Source: an uncultured Chloroflexia bacterium (GTDB taxonomy: Bacteria; Chloroflexota; Limnocylindria; Limnocylindrales; CSP1-4). From it: a stretch of 64,000 bases of DNA. The stretch covers positions 3,401 through 67,400 of the forward strand of contig CAVORC010000030.1 of the NCBI GenBank assembly GCA_963698505.1, read 5' to 3'. Below the pieces are notes generated by a model. That model was not told the origin of the DNA. It saw only the letters and a program-made list of their open reading frames with translations, and did no database searches. Position numbers and translations under genes: made by a program. Position 1 is the first letter of the stretch, and the number at the start of each line of letters is the position of its first letter. Positions 31,964 to 40,905 of this stretch are shown in pieces.

Positions 31964-32614
31964 CTACGTCCATCCTGGTGGCTTGTGGATGCTGCGGCCG
32001 GAGGGGAGACGAAGCGGCGACGGCAACTGCGCGGCCAAGAGCAACGCCGGGTCGAGCGATGTCCACGAGGAACCCGCGTGCGACATCTGATAGGGCGCCT
32101 TCGGTCCAGTTGGTGTCGATGTCGGGCCACGCGGACTGATGACATGGACGGGGCCGAAGCGACGGTTCGCCTCCCTGACCGGGGTCTCGAGATCAGAGTC
32201 ATCCGAGATGACCACGGCCGACTCGTAGAGATCGTCCAGCCCGTCCAGGAGCAAGTACGTCGCAAGGTTGACGTCCGAGCCCTTCTCCTCGGTCTTGAGG
32301 ACTCGAGCGGTGCGCCTCTTGCCCGGTCCCGACTCCGCAAGGGGCATGGCCACCGGGTGGGTCCGGAACTGACCGAAGTGGACCGTGACCAATGGCAAGG
32401 TGCCGAGAGCGGCAAGGTAGAGCTTCTGCCTACCGGGAGCGGTGGAATCCCGATCGCCCTTCACGCGCGCCGTGAAGTACCTGATGGCATCGATGGTGTC
32501 GTCAGGTCGAAGAAGGTGTGATAGCGCAGCGAGGTCCAGCCACCGTGCCGCCGGCCGAGCCTTCAGAGCCCCGTAGTACAAGTTGAACCCATCTACGTAG
32601 ACCCGAACCTTCAC
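31964..32614 (-). CDS. NYN-domain (LabA/DUF88, PIN-like) ribonuclease
   Basis: VYVDGFNLYY, IRYFTA, EEKGSDVNLA, VISDDSD; GTG start after GAGG. Confidence 0.9.
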   Translation of the reverse strand: MKVRVYVDGFNLYYGALKARPAARWLDLAALSHLLRPDDTIDAIRYFTARVKGDRDSTAPGRQKLYLAALGTLPLVTVHFGQFRTHPVAMPLAESGPGKRRTARVLKTEEKGSDVNLATYLLLDGLDDLYESAVVISDDSDLETPVREANRRFGPVHVISPRGPTSTPTGPKAPYQMSHAGSSWTSLDPALLLAAQLPSPLRLPSGRSIHKPPGWT

Positions 32615-32635
32615 ATGTTGGCCCTCGTCGCCGTT

Positions 32636-32672
32636 AAAAAGAAAGAGCCCGACGGGCGAAACCGCCGGGGCT
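32636..32672 (-). terminator. Intrinsic terminator located 5' of the NYN gene
   Basis: Minus strand agccccggcggtttcgcccgtcgggct followed by ctttcttttt; TATACT at 32681-32686 just upstream. Confidence 0.75.
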
Positions 32673-32719
32673 GTAGTAGCAGTATACCGTGGTAGACCGG
32701 CGGTCAACAGGGGCCTCAT

Positions 32720-32890
32720 CCACGCTCGCGAACCGCACAGTGATCGAGGCCCTCGCCGCTCGAGCCTATGAGGCTCCCAGCGCATGTGCGCTACCGCTGC
32801 GCTACACCACGACGAGATCCGAGCGTGGATAGGGTACGCAGGCCAGCACTTGGACGGTAGCGATGCGGCCTACAGCGCTCGAATCGCAGG
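32720..32890. repeat. att-like unit: shortened arm + tRNA-Pro 5' half (32773-32811) + leader
   Basis: 39-nt match with 3 mismatches; ggcctacagcgctcgaatcgcagg identical to 29548-29571. Confidence 0.9.
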
Positions 32891-32961
32891 TGAAGTCAGA
32901 ACCACTCGGATTGGGGTTTCCCACGATTGTGGCCGCGTGACCGAACCCCGATGATGCGCAG

Positions 32962-33315
32962 GTGCGAGCTAGTGTGCTCATCGTCGACGATCACGCGGAC
33001 TTCCGCGATTCCGCACGAGCCATGCTCGAGGTGGCCGGCTTTGACGTGGTCGGTGAAGCAGCCGACGGGGCCGAGGCTCTCGCGGCCGTACGGCAGCTCA
33101 ATCCCGCCATCGTGCTCCTGGACATCCAGCTGCCGGACACCGACGGGTTCCGTGTCGCCGAAGCTCTGGCGCAGGAACCGGAGCCGCCCACGGTCGTGCT
33201 CATCTCGAGCCGCGATGCCGCCGCCTACGGGCACCGCGTGGCGGCCTCCCCGGTGCGGGGCTTCATCCCCAAGCTCCTGCTGAGCGGCAACGCTCTCGCG
33301 GAGCTCGTGGGATGA
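32962..33315 (+). CDS. Stand-alone response regulator receiver protein
   Basis: VLIVDDH, VLLDIQLPDTDG, LISS, FIPK. Confidence 0.88.
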   Translation: MRASVLIVDDHADFRDSARAMLEVAGFDVVGEAADGAEALAAVRQLNPAIVLLDIQLPDTDGFRVAEALAQEPEPPTVVLISSRDAAAYGHRVAASPVRGFIPKLLLSGNALAELVG

Positions 33316-35030
33316 GCCGGTCGATCCCGGCGGTGCTCATCCTCCTGGCCCCGGGCATCGTCGTGCTTGGCGCGGCCGCCGAATGGGCGGCGTTTGGACC
33401 TGCCGGCCACGCGGGTCCGCAGCTCGACGCCACGTATCGGTGGATCCTGGACCTCCTCACCGGGTACGTCTTTCTCGCTGCCGGCGTGGCCGTGGGCGTT
33501 CGGCGCCCCCACAGCCTCATCGGACCGCTCTTCGTGCTCACCGCGGTGGCGTGGTTCATCGGGACGCTGGTCGAGCCCGCGCGCTTCGTGGGCACGGAGC
33601 TGGCCCCGTCGGTCGTGTTCCTCTACCGCGGTCCCCTGATCCACGCCATCGTCACGTTCCCCACGGGTCGCCCGGCAGACCGGGTCGAGTGGACGGCCGT
33701 CCTGGTGGGCTACGGTTGCTCGCTCGCGGCGCCGCTGTGGTACCACCCGATGACCGGGCTCGTGCTAGTGGGGCTCCTGGTGGCAGTCACGCTGCGCGGG
33801 TATCGACGCGCGGCCGAGCGCACCCGGCCGGCCCGCCGCGAGGCACTGGGAGCAGCGACACTGCTGGCCACCACGGTCGGGGTCATCACCGTTGGGCAGG
33901 CCATTGACCCGCCCTACCCGTTCCGTGATGTCATGGAGATCGGCTTCAACCTGGTGCTCATGGCCATCGCGCTCAGGCTGGCGCTGCGCCTTGTCCGCTC
34001 CGACCGGCCCGACCTCACCGATGCCGTCGTCGAGCTGGCCGGCGGATCGACGGCCTCGCTCAGCGCGGAGCTCTCGCGCCTGCTGGGCGATGCCTCCGTC
34101 CGCTTCGGGACGTGGGACGCGCAGTCGGAGACCTACATGGACGATTCCGGGTCACGGTTCGCGACGGTATCTGGGAGCGAGCGCTCGCTTGTGCGTGTAG
34201 ACCAGCATGGCGAGCCATTCGCCGCCGTGGAGCACATGCCCGGCACCCTGGACGACATCGAGCTGCGGGATGCCGTCGTTGACGCCGTCCGACTGGCCGT
34301 TGCCAATACCCAGCTCCGAACTCAGGTGCGGGCCCAGGTCGACGAGCTGGTCGCTTCCCGGCACCGCCTGGTCGTGGCCGGGGATACCGAGGGCGAGCGA
34401 CTCGCCGCTCGGTTGCGTGAAGGTGCCATGCGCCGGCTCGAGGCCATGGAGCGCCAGCTCGAAGCAGCAGCGTCGACCTCGGCCGGAGCCGGGGCCACCA
34501 GCTCATCGGAAGCGATCGGCCGAGCCCAGTTGCGCCTTGGACGCCTGACCGACGACCTGCACGACTTCGCGCTTGGGCTGGACCCCCGGTCGCTGACCGA
34601 TAGCGGCCTCAAGGCCGCACTGATCGAGCTCGTCCGTGACTGTCCGATCGAGGTCGAACTGCGCTGCGAGGTGCGCTCGGCACCGCGGGAGATCGCCTCC
34701 GCGGCGTTCCTCGTCTGCGCCGAGGCACTGGCCAACGCCACCAAGCATTCTCGAGCGTCGCATGTCGACGTCGAGATCGCGGCGACGTCCGGGCTGCTCC
34801 ACATGAGCGTCACCGACGACGGGGTCGGGGGCGCGACCGTCGGAGCGGGCCACGGCCTGCGCAACATGGCGGACCGCGTCGCGTCGCTCGGCGGCCGGCT
34901 TGCGGTCGAGAGTGCCCCTGGTCGAGGCACCCGGCTCGCGGTGACGATGCCGCTGCCTGTGGATACCCGCAATGACATCACGGCGGTTCGCACGGCCAGC
35001 ACTGATGTGGCGCTCTCGGGCGGTTCGTAG
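33312..35030 (+). CDS. Membrane sensor histidine kinase (NarX/HisKA_3-like), phospho-His box appears degenerate
   Basis: TM region, EALANATKH, DDGVGG, GHGL; LREGA in place of LHDGA. Confidence 0.85.
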   Translation: MSRSIPAVLILLAPGIVVLGAAAEWAAFGPAGHAGPQLDATYRWILDLLTGYVFLAAGVAVGVRRPHSLIGPLFVLTAVAWFIGTLVEPARFVGTELAPSVVFLYRGPLIHAIVTFPTGRPADRVEWTAVLVGYGCSLAAPLWYHPMTGLVLVGLLVAVTLRGYRRAAERTRPARREALGAATLLATTVGVITVGQAIDPPYPFRDVMEIGFNLVLMAIALRLALRLVRSDRPDLTDAVVELAGGSTASLSAELSRLLGDASVRFGTWDAQSETYMDDSGSRFATVSGSERSLVRVDQHGEPFAAVEHMPGTLDDIELRDAVVDAVRLAVANTQLRTQVRAQVDELVASRHRLVVAGDTEGERLAARLREGAMRRLEAMERQLEAAASTSAGAGATSSSEAIGRAQLRLGRLTDDLHDFALGLDPRSLTDSGLKAALIELVRDCPIEVELRCEVRSAPREIASAAFLVCAEALANATKHSRASHVDVEIAATSGLLHMSVTDDGVGGATVGAGHGLRNMADRVASLGGRLAVESAPGRGTRLAVTMPLPVDTRNDITAVRTASTDVALSGGS

Positions 35031-35065
35031 TGTCGAGGTGTCCATCCCCCCACGGAGGAAGCACG

Positions 35066-36899
35066 ATGTTCGGCAGACGCAAGGCCATCACCATCTCCAT
35101 CTCGGCGGCGCTCATCGCCGCCACGCTCACCGCCACGGGCGCCACCGCCCAGTTGGGCAAGGGCGGTGGCGCGGTGCCACCCGTCGCGCTGGAGCTCGCG
35201 GTCGCCGAATGGGCCGGCAGCGGACTGGTCGACACGTTCGCCGCCACTGTCGACGAGCTGTCGGGCGGCCAGATGCGTATCGACATCGACTGGGACGGTG
35301 GCCCGGAACAGGTCGTTCCAGCCCGGGTGCAGGACGGCGAGGCCGACCTAGGCTGGGTCTTCGCACGCGGCCTCAACGCGAGCGGCGTACACGACCTGGA
35401 CGCCCTGCTCACCCCCTTCCTCGTCTCCGACGGAAGCCTGCTCACCGCCATCATCACCGGTCAGATCGGGTCGGATATGTTGGCCGGGCTGGCTGATGAC
35501 GGTCTAGAAGGGTTGACCCTGCTCCCCGGGAGCCAGCGTTTCTTCGTCGGGATCGGACATCCGCTGGCGGCACCCGCGGACTTCGACGGAGCGCGCATCG
35601 CCCTCACGGGGACGCCGTTCACCGATCGCTTCGTCGAGTCGCTGGGGGCGGAGCCCGTCGAGATCGATCTGGACGACCGCGCCGCCTACGAGGAGCAGGA
35701 GATCGACGGCCTGCTGACGGTGGCCAACAACCTCGGGCTGTTCCCGGATACCTACATGACGGCGAACCTCGTGCCGTACACGGTCCCGGTCATCGTCCTC
35801 GCCAACGCAGCAGTCATGGCCGAGCTGACGCCGGAGCAGCAGGATGTCCTACGCGCCGCCGCCTTCGAGGTGAGGGGCCAGATGCTCGACGAGATGCCGA
35901 GCGTCGAGAGCGCCGCGGCCCGCTGTGGCACGGGTGGCGCGGTCATCGAAGCAAGCGATGCCGACGTCCTCGCGGTCGAGGCCGAGACGCGGCCGGTTCG
36001 CGACTGGCTGGCGACCGACACTGCCACAGCCGGGTTCATCGAGCGCATCGAGGCCCTGAAGGCCGAAATCGACACCGCCGGTCTGGCCCGCAACCTGTGG
36101 CACGGTGCCCCCGGTCGGGACGTCCCTCGCCGGCATCCCCGACGGCACCTACAGGGCGGTCGGTACTCGCCAGGACTCGCTTCGCACCGGATGGGCGAGT
36201 GAGTGCGACCTGGAGCTCGTCGACGAGCACATGACGCTGGTCATCGAGGACGGCGGCGGCACCTGGACGGCGCTTGCATCCTGCGGGGACGGACCTGCCC
36301 AGGTGGGGGCGACAGGTTCGTTCACCTACGAGGGTGATCGGGTGACGATGCGCGAGCCCGGTGAGGTCGGTGAAGCAGTGTTCACGTGGTCGGTCGAGGA
36401 CCAGACCCTGACGCTGGGACTCGTGGCGCAGGATGAACGCTATGCTCCGCCCGAAGCGCTGCGGTACATCTTCGAACGCGCATTCGAGCTGGACTCATCC
36501 TCCGGCGCGCTCACCCGGATCCCTGACGGCACGTACAGGGCGGTCGGTACTCGCCAGGACTCGCTCCGCACCGGATGGGTGAGCGATTGCGACCTCGAGC
36601 TCGTCGACGAGCACATCGCGATGGTCGTCGCGGACAACGGGGCCTCATGGACGCTGCTCATCGCCTGCGGTGACAGCCCATTGGAGACGGGTGCCGCCGG
36701 TACTGTCGAGTACTCAGATTCGGGCGAACAGCTCACTGTGCTGGAGCCCGGATACCCGCGCGGACAGACATTCGCCTGGTCGCTGGACGATGGAGCTCTC
36801 ACGCTCACGATCGTTGAGCTCGGTGGTGCATCCGAGGAGGATGTCGCTGCCGGGAAGTTCCTCTTCGAGCGCACGTTCACGATGGACTCGCCCTCGTGA
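35066..36899 (+). CDS. TRAP DctP-like solute-binding protein with two tandem C-terminal beta domains (frameshift near 36100)
   Basis: GGAGG RBS, signal peptide, ELSGGQMRI, DFDGARI, LTPEQQDVL; IPDGTYRAVGTRQDSLRTGW occurs twice. Confidence 0.75.
36135..36617 (+). repeat. Intragenic domain duplication (~100-bp near-identical starts at 36135 and 36519)
   Basis: tacagggcggtcggtactcgccaggactcgct present twice. Confidence 0.85.
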
Positions 36900-36918
36900 C
36901 AGCGAGACGCCCCGCGGC

Positions 36919-38736
36919 GTGACGTACGAGCGACGCGCGCCCGGACTGGGCCGGGCCTGGAGTCCCACGTGGGTCCCCAGGCCCGGCCTTCGGGCCGCCC
37001 TCGCGGCGGCGGGCACGGTCGTGGTCATCGCCGCCGTGCTGGCCATCCGTGACTCCGCCAACTGGCGGACGTCGTATGCGGGCGCCGTGCCAGAGGCAGC
37101 AGTGGCGGATCTCGCCGCGGGGGTCGGCCTCATCCTGTCCGGCCTGTACGCCGGCGCCGAGCGAGGCCTGCGCCGCTTGGGCCTGGCCCTGACGCTGCTT
37201 GGTATCGCCTGGCTCGCAGCAGACCTCGTCGGCTGGCAGGGAGCTCTGCCGTACCTCCGAGTTCTGGCCACGACCGGTACCCTGCTGATCGTGCCGCTAC
37301 TGCTTGACATCGTGGCCATGGCACCGCCTCCGGCACAGGCCTCTTCATCCGTCCGCTCGCTCGTCGCCGGCGGCTACGTACTCGCAGCGTCGGTCGCGGC
37401 ACTGCTCGTGCTCGCGCAAGATCCACTCGCCGACGCCGCCTGCTGGGACTTCTGTGGAGCGAACCCGCTCCTGCAGACCGGTCTCGCTGGCGTGGAGCCG
37501 GGGTTGTCAGCGTTCAGCTCCATGTTGCTACTCGTCGGTGGCGCCATCGTCGCAGTCACCGGCGTGGTGCGTCTCGTCAGGTCCGGGACGGCGCGCCGAG
37601 ATCACGCCTTGGTGCTCCTCCCGGGAGCCATCGCCGGCGTGCTGGTCTCCCTGCGAGCCCTCGCGCTCGCCTGGCGCGACTCGACGGGCCCAGCGGACGG
37701 ACCATCCGTGGCCCTATTTCAAGCCATGGGCTGGGCGCTGGCCGGACTCGCGGTGGGCGCGGTCGTCGTGGCCAGGCGACGACGACGCGTGCGGGCATCG
37801 CTCCGGTCGCTTGCAGCGCGCGGCCCCGATGGCCACACTGCACGCCGGGCGACCCAGGCACTGGCGACGGCCACCGGAGACGGGAGCTTGCGTGTGGCGT
37901 ACCCGCTGTCGGATGCGGCCGGCTACGTCGATGCGATGGGTGCCCCCCTGGGTCCCGTCGGTGGAGGGGGACGCGTTCTGACCACGATCATCCGCGGTGA
38001 CCAGACGGTGGCGGTCATCGAGCACGATCCGAACCTCATCGGCTCGATCGAGTTGGCTGAGCACATCGGCCCTGCCGTCCGGCTTTCCCTCGAGAACGAG
38101 CGCCTGGACGCCGAGCTGCTGGCTCGAGTGCGCGAGCTGCGGGCCTCCCGCGAACGGATCGTGGCCACGGCTGACCGTGAGCGAGTTCGCCGCGAGCAGG
38201 CCCTCCACGACGGGGCGCAGCAGCGTCTCCTGGCACTGACCTACGACCTCCGCGCCGCCCGAGAGGCGGCTGACGGAGCCTCGCGGATGCTGACCGTGCA
38301 CCTGGACGAAGCCATCGCAGATGCTCATGCTGCACATGACGAACTGCGGGAGCTGGCCCATGGGATCTATCCGGCGGTCCTGGGGGAGGCCGGGTTGCAG
38401 CCCGCGCTGGAGGGTCTGGCAGAGCGGTCCGCGATCCCTGTCCGACTCCATGCATCCGGCGTCGGTCGCTGCGACCAGGGAGCGGAGATGACAGCCTATG
38501 TCATCGCTGACGAGTTGGTCCGCGATGCCGTGGCACGAGCCGCGACATCCGCCGACATGCACACCTCCCTGGAAGTCGGGGCCCTGGTCCTCGATGTTCA
38601 GGACGATGGCTCGGCGCCCGCGTCGCCCATCGTGCACGGCGTGGACCGCGCCGGGGCCGCCGGCGGACGTCTGCTGCTGTCGGGCCACGATGGCGCGGTT
38701 CGGCACCGCATGGAGGTGCCATGCGCGTCGTCGTAG
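36919..38736 (+). CDS. Membrane sensor histidine kinase (HisKA_3)
   Basis: Multiple TMs, ALHDGAQQRL, ELRELAHGIYP, VQDDG. Confidence 0.85.
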   Translation: MTYERRAPGLGRAWSPTWVPRPGLRAALAAAGTVVVIAAVLAIRDSANWRTSYAGAVPEAAVADLAAGVGLILSGLYAGAERGLRRLGLALTLLGIAWLAADLVGWQGALPYLRVLATTGTLLIVPLLLDIVAMAPPPAQASSSVRSLVAGGYVLAASVAALLVLAQDPLADAACWDFCGANPLLQTGLAGVEPGLSAFSSMLLLVGGAIVAVTGVVRLVRSGTARRDHALVLLPGAIAGVLVSLRALALAWRDSTGPADGPSVALFQAMGWALAGLAVGAVVVARRRRRVRASLRSLAARGPDGHTARRATQALATATGDGSLRVAYPLSDAAGYVDAMGAPLGPVGGGGRVLTTIIRGDQTVAVIEHDPNLIGSIELAEHIGPAVRLSLENERLDAELLARVRELRASRERIVATADRERVRREQALHDGAQQRLLALTYDLRAAREAADGASRMLTVHLDEAIADAHAAHDELRELAHGIYPAVLGEAGLQPALEGLAERSAIPVRLHASGVGRCDQGAEMTAYVIADELVRDAVARAATSADMHTSLEVGALVLDVQDDGSAPASPIVHGVDRAGAAGGRLLLSGHDGAVRHRMEVPCASS

Positions 38737-39365
38737 CCGAGGACGTCATGCTCACACGCGCGGGCATCGTGCGCCTGCTCGCCGATGCCGGGGTCACTGT
38801 CGTCGGCGAGGCTGGCGACGCGAACGCGCTGCTGGAGCGCGTGCGTACCCTGCGACCGGACGTGGCCATCGTCGACATCCGCATGCCGCCGACCCACACC
38901 GACGAGGGCCTCGTGGCCGCCGACCACATCCGCGCGGAGTATCCCGACACGGGTGTGCTGGTGCTGTCGCAGTACGTCGAGTCCAGCTACGCCATGCGCC
39001 TGGTCGAAGGTCATCCGGAGCGCTGCGGCTATCTGCTCAAGGAGCGCGTGTTCGACATCGCCGTGCTCCTCGACGCCCTGCAACGCATCGTCGACGGCGA
39101 GACCGTCATCGACCCCACCGTCGTGGCCAGACTGCTGGCGCGGAAGCGCCAGCACGATCCGCTCGACGACCTCAGCCTTCGTGAGCGCGAAACCTTGGTA
39201 TTGGTCGCGGAGGGACTCACCAATCGTGCCATCGCCGAGCGGCTCTTCGTGACGGAGCGAACGGTGGAGGCCCACATCAAGCAGGTCTTCGACAAGCTCG
39301 GTCTCGACGAGTCGCCAGACGCCAACCGTCGTGTCCTTGCGGTGCTAGCGTATCTCCGTCAGTAG
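38721..39365 (+). CDS. NarL/LuxR-family response regulator
   Basis: VVVAED, DIRMPP, LSLRERETL...GLTNRAIA...TVEAH. Confidence 0.94.
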   Translation: MRVVVAEDVMLTRAGIVRLLADAGVTVVGEAGDANALLERVRTLRPDVAIVDIRMPPTHTDEGLVAADHIRAEYPDTGVLVLSQYVESSYAMRLVEGHPERCGYLLKERVFDIAVLLDALQRIVDGETVIDPTVVARLLARKRQHDPLDDLSLRERETLVLVAEGLTNRAIAERLFVTERTVEAHIKQVFDKLGLDESPDANRRVLAVLAYLRQ

Positions 39366-39392
39366 GAGGATCTGAAGACGTCCCTGACCACG

Positions 39393-39590
39393 CCACGCTC
39401 GCGAACCGCACGATAATCGAGGCCTTCGCCGCTCGGCCCACCACGCTCAGGACTCCGGAGCCATCGCCGCTCGAGCCCGAAAGGCTCCCAAAGCATGTGC
39501 GCTACCGCTGCGCTACACCCCGTCGAAGATCGTGCGTGACTAGGGTACACAGCGCGGGTCGATGGCGACACCGAGGAGCCTGCAGCGCTC
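39393..39590. repeat. att-like unit: arm + tRNA-Pro 5' half (39484-39522) + leader
   Basis: 39/39 match to 29455-29493; cgtgcgtgactagggtacacagcg shared with the leader of the intact tRNA. Confidence 0.92.
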
Positions 39591-39662
39591 GGCCGAGCGA
39601 CTACAGGGCATTACCGTCGATGCCAGCCGGTCACCTGGCCGAATTGGCTGGCTTCCCGAGTG

Positions 39663-39959
39663 CTATCTGCTCCGGAGCCACCGCTCCAGGTCGGCTCGAT
39701 CGACGATGCCGAGTACCAGGATCACGTGGTCTGCTTCGATGACGTCGTCCATCACGCGGTAGTCGCCGATACGCAACCGGTGGAAGGTGTCGTCGGTGCC
39801 GAGGATGGTCTTGACCGACTTGCCGGAGACGCGTCCGGGGCGGGCGACGTCATGCGCGAGTCGCTCGAGTGCTCGGCGGATGCGATCACGGTCAGCGTCA
39901 CCGAGCTTCTTGAACTGCCGGGCCGCCGAGCGCGAGATCTGGACATCGTAGGCGGTCAG
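39663..39959 (-). CDS. RelE/StbE-family toxin (CTG start; absent from the ORF track)
   Basis: Manual translation xTAYDVQISRSAARQFKKL...FHRLRIGDYRV...ILVLGIVDRAD; GGAGGA RBS; overlaps the antitoxin stop. Confidence 0.8.
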   Translation of the reverse strand: MTAYDVQISRSAARQFKKLGDADRDRIRRALERLAHDVARPGRVSGKSVKTILGTDDTFHRLRIGDYRVMDDVIEADHVILVLGIVDRADLERWLRSR

Positions 39960-40192
39960 TCGAGATCCTCCAGCCTCACCGTGCGCCGCTTGGCATAGTC
40001 CGTGCGGGCGAGTCGACGCTGGCGGACGAACTCGTCGGCGTTGGCGAGCACGAGGTCCTCGGCCTCATCGACTGGCAACAGGACTGCAGCAGGTCGGCCG
40101 CGCTTGGTGACGACGTAGGCGGAGCCACGTTCGACCTCGTCGATGACCGATGAAGCTGTCGCCTTCAGCTCCTTGATACCGATCTCGGCCAT
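39956..40192 (-). CDS. Phd/YefM-family antitoxin
   Basis: MAEIGIKELK...YVVTKRGRPAAVLLP; AGGAGG RBS. Confidence 0.9.
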   Translation of the reverse strand: MAEIGIKELKATASSVIDEVERGSAYVVTKRGRPAAVLLPVDEAEDLVLANADEFVRQRRLARTDYAKRRTVRLEDLD

Positions 40193-40269
40193 GTCGTGCC
40201 TCCTAGCGAAGTAGTCACTGAGGTGGTCACCTTCACACGGAGACGCGCCGCTGGATCCCGAGCCCCGAA

Positions 40270-40414
40270 CCAGCTGCGACACGACATGGCGGCCTACGAC
40301 GCGGCATTCATCGTGCTCGCGGAGATCCTGGCGGTGCCACTGGTCACCTGTGACGCACGACTCGCTCGGGCACGGGGTCACCGCGCTGAAGTCGAGGTAT
40401 TCCCACCTGGCTGA
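40270..40414 (+). pseudogene. C-terminal fragment of a VapC/PIN toxin
   Basis: QLRHDMAAYDAAFIVLAEILAVPLVTCDARLA...; N-terminal half absent. Confidence 0.75.
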
Positions 40415-40488
40415 CATGCGATGCTCTGGCCGGAAGCATGGCTTGATGCGCTCGGTACGACCGCACGAGGGGTGCTGAGCGACGGCCT

Positions 40489-40905
40489 TCAGGCAGCGTG
40501 TCGAAAGGGGTTCTCCACGCGGATGCCGTCGTAGTCAGAGGCATCGTCGAGATCCTCGGACAAGACCACCGAACAGCCAAGAGCACGAGCAGCTTCAAGG
40601 ATCGCCGCGTCCCAGTAGGAGATGCCGAAGCGGCTCCGCGTCGCCAGCGCCGCTCGCATCACATCGAGACTCGTGACCTGCGCCGGGAATCGACACCAGG
40701 CTTCCACCAGTCCGGCTGCCTCGTCGTGGGTGATCGCGTCTTCTCGAGTCGCCCGCGTCGCCTGGACGTAGAACTCCTGCAGGACCTGCACCGAGAGGCC
40801 GATCCCACCACCGTCGATGATCTGGTTCGCGATCATCGCCTTGCCTTCCTCCGCGGGGTCGCGTGAGATGGCGTACAAGAGGATGTTCGTGTCAACGAAG
40901 CGCAC
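40489..40905 (-). CDS. PIN-domain (VapC-like) toxin
   Basis: FVDTNILLYA, SVQVLQEFY, SYWDAAI, LSEDL. Confidence 0.92.
   Translation of the reverse strand: MRFVDTNILLYAISRDPAEEGKAMIANQIIDGGGIGLSVQVLQEFYVQATRATREDAITHDEAAGLVEAWCRFPAQVTSLDVMRAALATRSRFGISYWDAAILEAARALGCSVVLSEDLDDASDYDGIRVENPFRHAA

Larger units (their letters stand above)
31810..32772. mobile_element. Putative cassette 2 (963 bp; single NYN gene)
   Basis: Between tRNA-half copies at 31810 and 32773. Confidence 0.6.
32773..39483. mobile_element. Putative cassette 3 (6711 bp; two-component genes + DctP-like protein)
   Basis: Between tRNA-half copies at 32773 and 39484. Confidence 0.55.

Noticed and set aside
36105-36899. Separate 264-aa gene after dctP
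   Set aside because: No RBS or signal peptide and it overlaps the dctP frame; a single gene with an indel is more parsimonious, though not proven.
31810-39522. Extra tRNA-Pro genes or split/permuted tRNA
   Set aside because: The copies stop just after the anticodon loop, and no separate 3' half, T-arm or CCA was seen.
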